64,000 nucleotides of DNA, taken from assembly GCA_013152275.1 (NCBI GenBank), contig JAADGS010000090.1, forward strand, positions 1 through 64,000, in the 5' to 3' direction. The first letter of the stretch is position 1; each line of letters opens with the position of its first letter. Of this stretch, positions 38,347-49,677 are shown piece after piece. The notes beneath the pieces are model-generated. The model ran no database searches. It saw nothing but the letters and a program-made list of their open reading frames with translations, and was not told where the DNA came from. The position numbers and the translations under genes were made by a program. This DNA comes from Actinomycetota bacterium. Its GTDB lineage: Bacteria; Actinomycetota; Acidimicrobiia; Spongiisociales; UBA4744.

Positions 38347-38919
38347 ATGCCGAGCATCCGCAAAATCGTCACCTTCATAGAGGACGGCCTCACCGAGGCG
38401 GGCATTCCGGTAGACCCGCCGTACCGCAAGGTTGCCGTTGCCGCCGTCATCGAGAACCCCTACGCCGGAAAGTTCTCCGAGGATCTCGGAGAGATCATCG
38501 ATTTCAGCGTCGGCCTCGGTGATCTGCTCGCCGGCCGGCTCGTCACTGCAATGGGCGACCAGGTCAACGGGTACGGCAAGGCCAGCATCGTCGGTGTGAA
38601 CGGCGAGATCGAACACGGCCACGCCTTCTTGACGACCCCCATGGCCGATCGCTTCCGGGAGGCCGTCGGCGGCGGCAAGGCCTGGATCTCTTCGACCGGC
38701 AAGCGGGGCGCCCCAGGCACGACGATCGACGTGCCCCTCGCCCACAAGGATGCTCTCAAGGTCCGGTCGTTCTACGACACGATGACCGTGACCATCCACG
38801 ACGCCCCCGAGCCCGACGAGGTCGTCGTCATCATCGCTGGCGTGAACCGGGGCCGCCCCAACTTCCGTCTTGGGGGCCTGCTACTCGAAGACGTCATCGG
38901 CGAGGACGGCCTCCAGTAA
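38347..38919 (+). CDS. DUF1185 ('amino acid synthesis') family protein
   Basis: IRKIVTFIE, AAVIENPYAG, YGKASIVGVNGEIEHG, IDVPLAHK..RSFYD..DAPEPDE. Confidence 0.88.
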   Translation: MPSIRKIVTFIEDGLTEAGIPVDPPYRKVAVAAVIENPYAGKFSEDLGEIIDFSVGLGDLLAGRLVTAMGDQVNGYGKASIVGVNGEIEHGHAFLTTPMADRFREAVGGGKAWISSTGKRGAPGTTIDVPLAHKDALKVRSFYDTMTVTIHDAPEPDEVVVIIAGVNRGRPNFRLGGLLLEDVIGEDGLQ

Positions 38920-38981
38920 CGAGACGAGTTTCCAAAACGCACACACCACCCGCCACCCCGGGAAGAAGGAGGACAGACAAG

Positions 38982-40454
38982 ATGACGCTGCTACCCGAAC
39001 CACAGGCGGAGTACGGCACGCTCAAGAACTACGTCGGCGGAGAGTGGAAGGAGTCGACGGGCTCTCTTCGGAACGTGGTCAACCCCGCAACGGGAAAGGT
39101 CATCGCCCGCGTGCCGGACTCGACCCCGCAGGAGGTCGCCGAGGCCGTGGCAGTCGCCAAGGAAGCGTTCCAGGAGTGGAAGCAAACCTCGGTGGTCAAG
39201 CGAACCCGCCCGTTCTTCCAACTCAAGTGCCTACTCGAGGAGCACAAGGAGGACCTGGCGCGCTCGCTGGTCCAGGAAATGGGCAAGACCATCAAGGACG
39301 CCCGTGCCGAGATGCTGCGGGCCGTCGAAGAGATCGAGGCCGCCTGTGCGATCCCGACCACCACCAGGGGCTACCAGCAGGAGAACATCGGCCCCAACCT
39401 GGACCTCAAGGTCACCTACATCCCTCGCGGCGTGTTCTTCATGGTCCCGTCGTTCAACTTCCCGGCGATGGTTCCCCTCGAGTACCTGCCGTACGCCGTG
39501 GCAGCCGGCTGCACCTACATCAACAAGCCGTCGTCGCGGGTACCGATCACGCAGGTACGCATCTTCGAACTGATCGACCGGTGCGGTTTCCCACCGGGCG
39601 TGATCAACCTGGTCCATGGAGGAGCCAACGTCGTGAACGCCCTCATGGAGCACCCCGATACCGAAGGTTTCTCCTTCGTCGGATCCACCCGCGTCGGCGC
39701 GGCCCTGTACGCCAAAGCCGCATCGTTGGGGAAACGGGGGCAGGCGGCAACCGAGGCCAAGAACCACTTCGTGGTCATGCCCGACGCCGATCTCGACACC
39801 GTCGTGAACGCCGCGCTCGCCTCGTTCTTCGGAGCGGGAGGACAGCGCTGTCTTGCCGGATCGGTGCTCGTGCCGGTCGGTGAGATCTACGAGCCTCTGC
39901 GCGACCGATTCGTGGAGGCGGCGTCACGGTGGAAGCTGGGGTACGGACTCGATGAGAGCGTGGACCTGGGTCCCGTCGTCACGCATCGCGATCGCGACCG
40001 GATCAACGGCATGATCGACACTGCCGTGGCCGAAGGCGCCATCCCCCTGCTCGATGGACGCAATCCCGACGTTCCGGACTGGAAGAACGGCGCGTTCGTG
40101 GGTCCGACGATTCTCGACGGTGTCACTCCCGACATGAAGATCGCTCAAGATGAGGTGTTCGGCCCGGTCGCGGCCATCAGCCCCGTCGACAGCCTCGACG
40201 AGGCGATCGCGCTGATCGAGCGAAGCCGCTACGGACACTCGGCCATGCTCTTCACCAAGAGCGGTTCGGCGGCTCGGTCGTTCGAGTCACGGGTACCCGT
40301 CGGCAACATCGGCATCAACGTCGGCGTGCCGGCGACCCAGGCGTGGGCGACGCTCGGCGGCCTCAAGGAGTCCGGGTACGGAGCCGTGCACGGTCGGGGC
40401 GAGTCGTACCTGTTCTTCACCGACCGCAAGATCGTCGCCCAACGCTGGGCCTGA
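38982..40454 (+). CDS. CoA-acylating (methyl)malonate-semialdehyde dehydrogenase-like (MmsA/IolA family)
   Basis: FNFPAMVP, SFVGST, AKNHFVVMPDAD, FGAGGQRCLA, GINVGVP. Confidence 0.85.
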   Translation: MTLLPEPQAEYGTLKNYVGGEWKESTGSLRNVVNPATGKVIARVPDSTPQEVAEAVAVAKEAFQEWKQTSVVKRTRPFFQLKCLLEEHKEDLARSLVQEMGKTIKDARAEMLRAVEEIEAACAIPTTTRGYQQENIGPNLDLKVTYIPRGVFFMVPSFNFPAMVPLEYLPYAVAAGCTYINKPSSRVPITQVRIFELIDRCGFPPGVINLVHGGANVVNALMEHPDTEGFSFVGSTRVGAALYAKAASLGKRGQAATEAKNHFVVMPDADLDTVVNAALASFFGAGGQRCLAGSVLVPVGEIYEPLRDRFVEAASRWKLGYGLDESVDLGPVVTHRDRDRINGMIDTAVAEGAIPLLDGRNPDVPDWKNGAFVGPTILDGVTPDMKIAQDEVFGPVAAISPVDSLDEAIALIERSRYGHSAMLFTKSGSAARSFESRVPVGNIGINVGVPATQAWATLGGLKESGYGAVHGRGESYLFFTDRKIVAQRWA

Positions 40455-40714
40455 CCCTGCCCGGCGGCCGGAGACCGGTGGCCTGCTCCCGACTTCGCAT
40501 GGGGTAGGTCCGGGACCGGTTCGCGGCGGGTCGCCTCGCGAGAGTGTCGGATCACGAGATCCAGTCGACTTCGGTACCGTCATCGTCGCGCTTCGCTCGT
40601 GCGGAATCCCGACACATCACGTTCCCCACCCGAGTCGATGACCTCGCCGAATACGCCCGCCCGCAGCCGAGTTCACGGATGCCTCGACGCCACGGGAGAC
40701 AGATGGTGTGAACC

Positions 40715-41554
40715 TCAGTGGATCGTGCCCAAAACGACCGTGACGGTGGACCCTCCAACCCAGATCTGGGAGTCGTCACTCGTGATGTGGATGCGACCCG
40801 CCCTGCCCATGGCAGCTCCTTGTGCCGCGATGTACGAAGCTGGAGCCCGACCGCTTCCGATCAGCCACTGGGCAAGGGATGCGTTGAGGCTACCGGTCAC
40901 AGGATCTTCGAGCAGCCGGCCCTTGTCGTCGGTGAAGAAGGCTCTGACCTCGAAGTCGGCGTGGCTGCCGGTCGGATGTGGCGCGACCACGCCAATGTCC
41001 AAACCCCCGACCCCGCCATGGCGTCCGATGTCAGGTGTGAGTGAGAGCACCGCGTCGCGGTCCTCGAGCATGATCCCAACCCAGCCGGGACCGTTATCCA
41101 CCCACTGCGATGCAAGGATCTCACTCCTACCGATCCCGAGCACCGCGGCGACCTCATCCACGAAGGCATCATCCACCGGTCCGCTGCGGATGAGAGGAGG
41201 TGCTTCGAACGACAGGCGCTCGCCTCTCTTCAACGGGACCAGTCCGAGTCCGCACTCTTGCACGATGATGTCGCCTTTCGGTGTGCCACCCGCGCCGAGC
41301 CACGCGTGGCAGGTGCCGAGCGTCGGGTGTCCGGCGAAGGGGAGCTCACCCCTGAGCGTGAAGATCCGCACCCGATAGTCGGCTGCTTCGCTCGTCGGTG
41401 GGAGCAGGAACGTCGTCTCGGACAAGTTCAACCACCGTGTGATTGCCACCATCTCGTCTGATGTCAACCCCTCGGCGTCATGCACGACAGCGAGCGGATT
41501 GCCCGAGACCGCGCCGGAACCGAACACGTCGATCATCTCAAAAGGGCGGCTCAT
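40715..41554 (-). CDS. PhzF-family isomerase
   Basis: GNPLAVV, NLSETTF, ELPFAGHPTLG, EDPVTGS, QG..MGR.G. Confidence 0.92.
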   Translation of the reverse strand: MSRPFEMIDVFGSGAVSGNPLAVVHDAEGLTSDEMVAITRWLNLSETTFLLPPTSEAADYRVRIFTLRGELPFAGHPTLGTCHAWLGAGGTPKGDIIVQECGLGLVPLKRGERLSFEAPPLIRSGPVDDAFVDEVAAVLGIGRSEILASQWVDNGPGWVGIMLEDRDAVLSLTPDIGRHGGVGGLDIGVVAPHPTGSHADFEVRAFFTDDKGRLLEDPVTGSLNASLAQWLIGSGRAPASYIAAQGAAMGRAGRIHITSDDSQIWVGGSTVTVVLGTIH

Positions 41555-41564
41555 CGGCCGGATG

Positions 41565-41714
41565 CTACAACAGGCGATTCCTCCGGCCGACCTCCGCGGA
41601 GTCGGACACGAGGTTGTGGCGGAAGCGCGCCGGCATCAGGCGGGTTCGAGCAAGAGCGAGCGCAACACGGGAGGTGTCCACGGTGATCCAACGCCGACTC
41701 CACTTCTCGGCGAC
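41565..41714 (-). pseudogene. Fragment of a type III R-M Mod-like DNA methyltransferase
   Basis: Hand translation [31 protein letters not shown]...DS matches the conserved post-motif-I segment [26 protein letters not shown] of this family as recalled. Confidence 0.7.
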
Positions 41715-41786
41715 GCCGCTTCCCTCCATCCTGCACGTGACATCCCCCGATACGCGCGCTGCAGTCCGAACTGGACGGTCTCGGGG

Positions 41787-43355
<1,569 letters not shown>

Positions 43356-43516
43356 GATCGCACCCCCTCCATCTGCCCGGCCCGCACAATTCGCAGATGC
43401 CATCGTACCCATCCGGAAGGTCGGCCGTCGGCGTCGAGCGGGAGAGAACCCTCATGGATTCCGCCGGACCGTGCCGAACCATGCAAGGGCGCCACGAAGC
43501 ATTGCCAGACGGGTTC

Positions 43517-43909
43517 CTACGACGTGCCCGCCAGCTTGGCACGGATATCTTCCGGCCATGCCGTTGCCTGCCCGGTCTGTCGATCTATGAGTGCAACGAC
43601 GACCTTGCCGGTTGTCACCTGCTGCCCATCCACGGACAACTCGATGTGGTAGGTCAACGAGCTGTCCCCGACCTCGTCGACTGTCAGTGTGACACAGACG
43701 ACCTCATCGAAGAGGACCGGGCGCACGAAGTCGAACTCCACGTGGACCCGGGGCAGCGCTCCGAACGTGAACTCGACGATGCCCAGCTCACGGTGGAGGG
43801 CGCTCTCGGCGGCCTCCGCGTATCGGATGACCGTGGAGTAGTGCCATATGCCCGCGGCATCCGTGTCAATCCACTCGAGTCGCCGTCGAATGGTCGTCGA
43901 TGCGCCCAT
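43517..43909 (-). CDS. Acyl-CoA thioesterase (4HBT hot-dog fold)
   Basis: WIDTDAAGIWHY...YAEAAE, PRVHVEFDF..P..F. Confidence 0.88.
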   Translation of the reverse strand: MGASTTIRRRLEWIDTDAAGIWHYSTVIRYAEAAESALHRELGIVEFTFGALPRVHVEFDFVRPVLFDEVVCVTLTVDEVGDSSLTYHIELSVDGQQVTTGKVVVALIDRQTGQATAWPEDIRAKLAGTS

Positions 43910-44703
43910 CACGCGCTTCCGCAGACGTCGCGAACGAAGCCGACCGTGGCCTCGAGTGTCGATACCGGCTGGGACAGGTGCGGTGCGTGGCCGCACTCGC
44001 TCAGATCCACGCGTTCCACCGGCCCGGCGATCTGCCGCTCGATGGCATCGATCTGGGCCATCGTCCCATACTCGTCATCCCTGCCCTGTATCAGGAGCAC
44101 GGGGCACTCGATCCGGTTGAGCAGGTACTCGATGTTCCAACTGGCGAAGCGTCGGTCGAGCCAGACGTCATGCCACGCCCGGAACGTGGCGACCGGGTCA
44201 CAGTGGTACTTCGCCATCTTCCCGGCCAACTCGCCATCGGCGAACCGTTGCCCCAAGGTCGCGATCGTGTCGAGGCCGACCGCCTCGACGAAGACGTGAG
44301 GGGCCAGGAGGACCAGCGCCGCGACGGGATGGTGAGCGGCGTATACAAGCGAGATCGACCCGCCGTCGGAATGCCCGATGAGCACCGGGACAGAAACGTC
44401 GAGTTGCTCGAGCACCGACGGCAAGACAACGAGCGCCTCGCGGTCGACGAAGTCGATCGGCCGTGGTTCGGTGGCCGGGTCGGACCAGCCATGCCCATAC
44501 CGACTGTAGACAAGGCCGCGATGATCGGTCGCCCCCACGACATCGTCGGGAAATGTCCGCCACAGCTCGATGCTGCCGAGCCCGTCGTGCAGGAACACGA
44601 CCGTCGGCCGCAGGCCGGACTCGTTCACGACACGATACTCCAGCCGGCAACCGGCAACGGTCAAGAGCGACGTAGACGACGGTTTCGACACGGCAGACGA
44701 CAT
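43909..44703 (-). CDS. Alpha/beta hydrolase
   Basis: FLHDGLGS, GHSDGG nucleophile elbow, QGRDDEYG, CGHAPH. Confidence 0.9.
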   Translation of the reverse strand: MSSAVSKPSSTSLLTVAGCRLEYRVVNESGLRPTVVFLHDGLGSIELWRTFPDDVVGATDHRGLVYSRYGHGWSDPATEPRPIDFVDREALVVLPSVLEQLDVSVPVLIGHSDGGSISLVYAAHHPVAALVLLAPHVFVEAVGLDTIATLGQRFADGELAGKMAKYHCDPVATFRAWHDVWLDRRFASWNIEYLLNRIECPVLLIQGRDDEYGTMAQIDAIERQIAGPVERVDLSECGHAPHLSQPVSTLEATVGFVRDVCGSA

Positions 44704-44782
44704 CACATCACCGGTCCGATCGCCGGTTGCGTCCACGGACGTGGCACCTGGGGGTCCGTTGAGGGTGCTTCCTTGTCACGGA

Positions 44783-45313
44783 TCAGTCCTCTTCGATCTT
44801 CCACAAGTCCGCCGGGTATCCGTCACGCAGCGCTTCACCGAAACGTTCATGCATCGCCGTGACGTCCTCGATGTCGTTCTCATCCAACTCGTATCCGGTA
44901 TGCGACTGGACCTGATGCTCGGCTGAGAGGCGGCGAATCGTTCTCCCGTCGACCGTTCCGGTGGCCTGGAGCGATGAGGATGGGTAGAAGACGCCACTCT
45001 CGGGAGGACCGTGGTTCCCTCGACCCTGCTCGTCGATCACGATGATGTGGAAGTCGATCCTCTGGCCGGCCTGACTCGCCATGATGAAGTTCCAATCGGT
45101 ACGATCGTCGGTCTCGACATCCTCGAAGCCAGATCCGGCGAGTGCGTCACGCAGCTCCTGCACGTCTTCCCGTTGGATGACAGTATCGAGATCGGCATGC
45201 GGGCGCGTCTGCTCACCAACCGGCACGTCGACGCCCCAGCCCCCATCCAGCCAGACGGCAAGACCGAGCTCATCGAACAGATCAACGTAACGGTGGACAA
45301 CGTCCGCCGTCAT
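44783..45313 (-). CDS. ANT(2'')/Lnu(A)-like nucleotidyltransferase (possibly decaying)
   Basis: WLDGGWGVD...GEQTRPHADLD, RIDFH, SAEHQ...HTGY...D..D. Confidence 0.8.
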   Translation of the reverse strand: MTADVVHRYVDLFDELGLAVWLDGGWGVDVPVGEQTRPHADLDTVIQREDVQELRDALAGSGFEDVETDDRTDWNFIMASQAGQRIDFHIIVIDEQGRGNHGPPESGVFYPSSSLQATGTVDGRTIRRLSAEHQVQSHTGYELDENDIEDVTAMHERFGEALRDGYPADLWKIEED

Positions 45314-45417
45314 CTCACGGCGTGGCGCTGCGCCTTCATGCTGCTCCAGACCCATCACAACCATTGAAGCGTAGGCATGGATACACGAACGGTGTCGGCG
45401 ATCGACACCTTCCTGTC

Positions 45418-45721
45418 ACACCCCGGCCGAATCTGCAGCGAAGCCGCGTTCGCGATGCTCGCCCGGGTCACACCGATCCCCGCGTCTTCCGAACTCACCA
45501 CCAGACACCGGTTGACCAGGCGTGGCGATCGTCATCTCAACTCGGCCCAACACATCGTCGTGATCCAACACCAACGGCACGACACCCGACTCCGCGCCCA
45601 CTTCGAGAAACGGCACGCCGAGGCCAAAACCGACCGCGAAATCCGACGCTGCCTCAAACGCTAGATCGCCCGCGATCTTTGCCGCACCCTCAAAACGGAC
45701 TTGACAACCAATAGGAGCGTC
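45418..45721 (+). mobile_element. IS110-family transposase C-terminal relic with right end
   Basis: HPGRICSEAAFAML..V.PIPASS..T.RHRL...GDR.LN...REIRRCLKR*IAR; ends in TTGACAACCAATAGGAGCGTC, which resembles actinobacterial IS110 termini. Confidence 0.82.
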
Positions 45722-46277
45722 CTCTCAGGAAATGGAGCCTCCGCAAAACCCGGACCGGCACACCCATCCAAGGTCTTCCCGGCTCCGCGTGGGAAGCCGC
45801 TCCGGTGCCCGTACACGCGCAAGATAGAAGTGAGTTCCCGGCCACAAACTGCCCGTCGACGACCTCGCCAAGATGTCGACTCCCGCATACTCCCCGTTGC
45901 CCGATTCGGCGGCGGGCACGAGATCTTCACGATGCCCTTGTCGCATCCTGTTCTCGACTTCCCATCGGTGGCATCACTGTGTTTCACAGGTGTTCCACCC
46001 GCACTATCGGCGGTCGTGCCACCGAAAGGAATCGGCGTTGTCGCCAATGTTTCATTGGGATATGACCCATGTTTCGCCCAGAGATGCAAAGAGCAGTCGA
46101 GACGGATTCTTGGCCGGCGAACAGGTAGCGCCTTGACGTGATACCGGCGAGCCGGACCGTACCTCTCGACACGCACGGCAGCCGGGAAGCTAGGCTGAAT
46201 TGTCGTGTTACCGCCGCGGTCGATGAGAACCCGGCGGAACAGCGAGAGATCACATTCAAGCCAGAAGGAGGCAAACA

Positions 46278-47606
46278 ATGGCATTATCCACCCGATGGGT
46301 GAGATGGCTCACGATGGGTGCGGTACTGGCCCTGTTGGTAACCGCCTGCAGCAGCGGCAGCAGCACTACCCAGGAGACATCCGCCACCACAGCTACCACG
46401 GCAGCCGCACAAACGGTCACCATCGACGTGATGGGGGCGTTTCGAGGCGCCGAGGCCGACGACTTCCAGAAAGTCATCGACGTCTTTCAGAAGCAGAACC
46501 CCAACATCAAGGTGAATTACGAGGGTTCGGCCCAGTTCGAGACCGACATCCAGGTACGCGTCAAGGCAGGCAACCCGCCAGACATCGCCGCGTTCCCGCA
46601 GCCGGGAGCAGTGGCACAGTTCGCGCAATCGGGTGATCTCGTGGCACTTCCCGGCTCGGTGGTCACCAGTATCAAGTCGAATTACCAGCCTGGATGGCTC
46701 GATCTTGGATCGGTCGACGGGACCCCGTACGGTGTGTTCCACCGGGTGAACGTCAAGGGCTTCGTCTGGTACAACAAGCCGGCATTCGATGCCGCCGGCT
46801 ACACGGCACCCAAGACCTGGGACGAATTCCAGAGCCTCCTCAACAAGATGAAGTCGAGCGGGACATCACCGTTCTGCATCGGAAACGAGTCCGGTGATGC
46901 GAGCGGTTGGCCGGGGACCGACTGGGTGGAGACCTACATGCTCCGCATGTACCCGTCCAGTGACTACATCGACTGGTACACCGGCAAGCTGAAGTTCGAG
47001 TCGACCCAGGTCGATACGGCCTGGTCCGATGTCGGAAAGATCTGGCTTGACCCGGACATGGCATACGGCGGACCAAAGACGATCGCCACCACCGGCTTCA
47101 AGGAGTCGGCCGCCATGCTCTTTGACCCCACACCGAAGTGCTGGCTCGTCATGCAGGGTTCCTTCGTGACCGGGTTCTTCCCGGACAGCGTCCAGAAGAA
47201 CCTCGACTCCGAGCTCGGTGTCTTCGCATGGCCGAAGATGGGCGACGTTCCATTCACACTCGAAGTGGGTGGCGACCAGTTCGTCATCTTCAAGGGCCAC
47301 GAGAGCGACGCCGTGACGAAGTTCATGGAGTTCCTTACGACGCCGGCGTCGGCGGAGCCGTGGGCTGCGCTCGGAAACGCGCTGTTCCCCCACAAGGGCC
47401 AGAACCTGGACATCTATCCGAACAAGGTGATTCGGACTCTCGCCCAGGACCTGACCACCGCCGAGAGCGTCCAGTTCGACGCGTCGGACCAGATGCCGCC
47501 TGCGGTTAACCAGGCCTTCTGGAAAGGCGTGACCGACTGGGTCACAGGTACACCACTCTCGAAAGCCGAGAGCGACATCGATGCGGCATGGTCGAGCGGT
47601 AGCTGA
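46278..47606 (+). CDS. Sugar ABC substrate-binding lipoprotein (alpha-glucoside AglE/GgtB-like)
   Basis: Lipobox VTAC; PPDIAAFPQPG, VKGFVWY, CIGNESGDASGWPGTDWVE, FDASDQMP. Confidence 0.88.
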   Translation: MALSTRWVRWLTMGAVLALLVTACSSGSSTTQETSATTATTAAAQTVTIDVMGAFRGAEADDFQKVIDVFQKQNPNIKVNYEGSAQFETDIQVRVKAGNPPDIAAFPQPGAVAQFAQSGDLVALPGSVVTSIKSNYQPGWLDLGSVDGTPYGVFHRVNVKGFVWYNKPAFDAAGYTAPKTWDEFQSLLNKMKSSGTSPFCIGNESGDASGWPGTDWVETYMLRMYPSSDYIDWYTGKLKFESTQVDTAWSDVGKIWLDPDMAYGGPKTIATTGFKESAAMLFDPTPKCWLVMQGSFVTGFFPDSVQKNLDSELGVFAWPKMGDVPFTLEVGGDQFVIFKGHESDAVTKFMEFLTTPASAEPWAALGNALFPHKGQNLDIYPNKVIRTLAQDLTTAESVQFDASDQMPPAVNQAFWKGVTDWVTGTPLSKAESDIDAAWSSGS

Positions 47607-47611
47607 CCCGA

Positions 47612-47652
47612 TTGGAGGGTGGGCCTCCCCGGAGGTCCACCCTCCAACTTTT
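47612..47652 (+). terminator. Long stem-loop plus T-run after the SBP gene
   Basis: TTGGAGGGTGGGCCTCC/GGAGGTCCACCCTCCAA followed by CTTTT. Confidence 0.65.
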
Positions 47653-47659
47653 CTGGACC

Positions 47660-48805
47660 ATGACTGAACAGAAGCACAAGGACGGCGCCAACAGCCGGAT
47701 TCAAACCACGAATCGACGCGACACCCTCGTGGGGGTATTGCGGGCTGCCTGGCTGATCGGCGGACCCCTCCTCGTCGTCGCCGCCCTCGTCGGCGGATTC
47801 CTGTTCCTCAGAGACAATGCCCTGACCGCCCCCAAGCTCCTCGTCGCTGCGATCGCCATCGTATGGGGTGTGGGAGGCGTCATCGCCCTCTTCGCCCTTG
47901 CCGCCACCTACGTCGGGCACCTCCGGCTATCTGCACAGCAGCGTCTGTCTCCGTTCATCTTCGTCGGTCCCGCCGTCCTCGTCCTCGGCCTCTACCTGGT
48001 CTATCCGACCGTGGAGACCCTGTATCTATCCTTTTTGGGCCCCAAGTCCCACCAGTTCGTAGGCTTGTCCAACTACATCTTCGCCTTCACCGACGAGTCG
48101 ATGACCACGTCGTTCAGGAACAATGCTCTCTGGCTCATCTTTGGAACGGGGCTCAGTGTGGGGTTCGGACTACTCATCGCCGTCCTGGCAGAACGTACCG
48201 CCCACTGGTTCGAGCTCACGGTCAAGTCGATCATCTTCATGCCAATGGCGATCTCACTCGTCGGCGCCAGCATCATCTGGCTGTTCGTCTACGCCTACCG
48301 TCCGCCGGGGAGCCCGCAGATCGGCATTCTCAACGCGGTCCTGACCGGTCTTGGTGGCCAACCTCAGGCGTGGCTGCTCGGTCAACCCTGGAACACGCTG
48401 TTCCTGATCGCCATTCTCATCTGGGGCCAGACGGGCTTCGCCATGGTCATCTTCTCGGCCGCGCTCAAAGGCGTCCCGCTTGAACTGGTGGAAGCGGGGC
48501 GAATCGACGGCGGCAACGAGTCTCGGATCTTCTTCGCCATCACGCTTCCGTACATCCGGGGCACGGTCGTCATGGTCACCACGACAATCGTGATCTTCAC
48601 GCTGAAGATCTTCGATATCGTGCTCACCATGACTGGCGGCAACTACGGAACCCAGGTGATCGCCAACGCCTACTACGACCAGCAGTTCAAGTTCTTTCAA
48701 CCTGGTCGGGCATCTGCCATCGCCATCGTCCTGCTATTGCTGGTGACCCCGGTGATGTGGTACAACCTCCGCAATTTCCGTAGTCAGACGGAGGCGTTTC
48801 GGTGA
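47660..48805 (+). CDS. Sugar ABC permease (AglF-like)
   Basis: FVGLSNY, KSIIFMPMAIS.VGASIIW, EAGRIDGG. Confidence 0.9.
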   Translation: MTEQKHKDGANSRIQTTNRRDTLVGVLRAAWLIGGPLLVVAALVGGFLFLRDNALTAPKLLVAAIAIVWGVGGVIALFALAATYVGHLRLSAQQRLSPFIFVGPAVLVLGLYLVYPTVETLYLSFLGPKSHQFVGLSNYIFAFTDESMTTSFRNNALWLIFGTGLSVGFGLLIAVLAERTAHWFELTVKSIIFMPMAISLVGASIIWLFVYAYRPPGSPQIGILNAVLTGLGGQPQAWLLGQPWNTLFLIAILIWGQTGFAMVIFSAALKGVPLELVEAGRIDGGNESRIFFAITLPYIRGTVVMVTTTIVIFTLKIFDIVLTMTGGNYGTQVIANAYYDQQFKFFQPGRASAIAIVLLLLVTPVMWYNLRNFRSQTEAFR

Positions 48806-49677
48806 ACCCGACCAGCCGTCGACCTCTCGCCAGGGCCGCTGTCTACGGATCCCTCACGCTCATCGCGTTCCTGTGGATCCTGCCGACCGCCGGCTTGCTC
48901 GTCACCTCGTTCCGACACCTGACCGACATCAACCAGACAGGGTGGTGGTCCGCCATCCTTCATCCGGGATCGGCACATTTCACGGTCGCGAACTACGCGG
49001 CCGTGTTGGGAGCATCGGGCAATGCAGGGCAAATCGATCTGGGGAATGCCCTGCTCAACAGCATTGCCGTCACAATTCCCGCCACGATCATCCCGATCTT
49101 CATCGCGGCGCTGGCCGCCTACGGATTCGCCTGGATGCGGTTCCCGGGCCGTCTGATCCTCTTCACGATGGTGGTCGCCCTGCTCGTCATCCCGCTCCAG
49201 ATCGCCCTGATCCCGATTCTCCGCCTCTATGTCTCGGGTGGTATCGCCGGCACCTACGTCGGCATCTGGTTCGCACACACGGGTTTTGGCCTACCGCTTG
49301 CCATCTACCTCATGTACACGTATATCTCGGCGCTTCCCAGGGACATCTTCGAGTCGGCGTTCGTGGATGGAGCGAACCACTTCACCGTGTTCACGCGGCT
49401 TGTTCTCCCCCTGGCGGTTCCGGCGCTTGCCTCATTTGCCATCTTCCAGTTCCTCTGGGTCTGGAACGATCTGCTCGTCGCACTCATCTTCCTGGGGTCC
49501 GGCCGCAACGTCGAGGTCCTCACCGTGCAGCTCCTCAACATGGTGGGCAGCTACGGTACGGACTGGCAACTTCTCACGGCGGGCGCCTTCATCTCCATGA
49601 TCTTCCCACTCACCGTGTTCTTCGGCCTCCAGCGGTATTTCGTGCGAGGCCTCCTCACCGGCTCCGTCAAGGGCTGA
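48802..49677 (+). CDS. Sugar ABC permease (AglG-like)
   Basis: AAYGFAWMRFPGR, HTGFGLP, ESAFVDGA, FQFLWVWNDLL. Confidence 0.92.
   Translation: MNPTSRRPLARAAVYGSLTLIAFLWILPTAGLLVTSFRHLTDINQTGWWSAILHPGSAHFTVANYAAVLGASGNAGQIDLGNALLNSIAVTIPATIIPIFIAALAAYGFAWMRFPGRLILFTMVVALLVIPLQIALIPILRLYVSGGIAGTYVGIWFAHTGFGLPLAIYLMYTYISALPRDIFESAFVDGANHFTVFTRLVLPLAVPALASFAIFQFLWVWNDLLVALIFLGSGRNVEVLTVQLLNMVGSYGTDWQLLTAGAFISMIFPLTVFFGLQRYFVRGLLTGSVKG

Noticed and set aside
40715..41554. Phenazine biosynthesis cluster
   Set aside because: Lone PhzF-family gene; no phzA/B/D/E/G.
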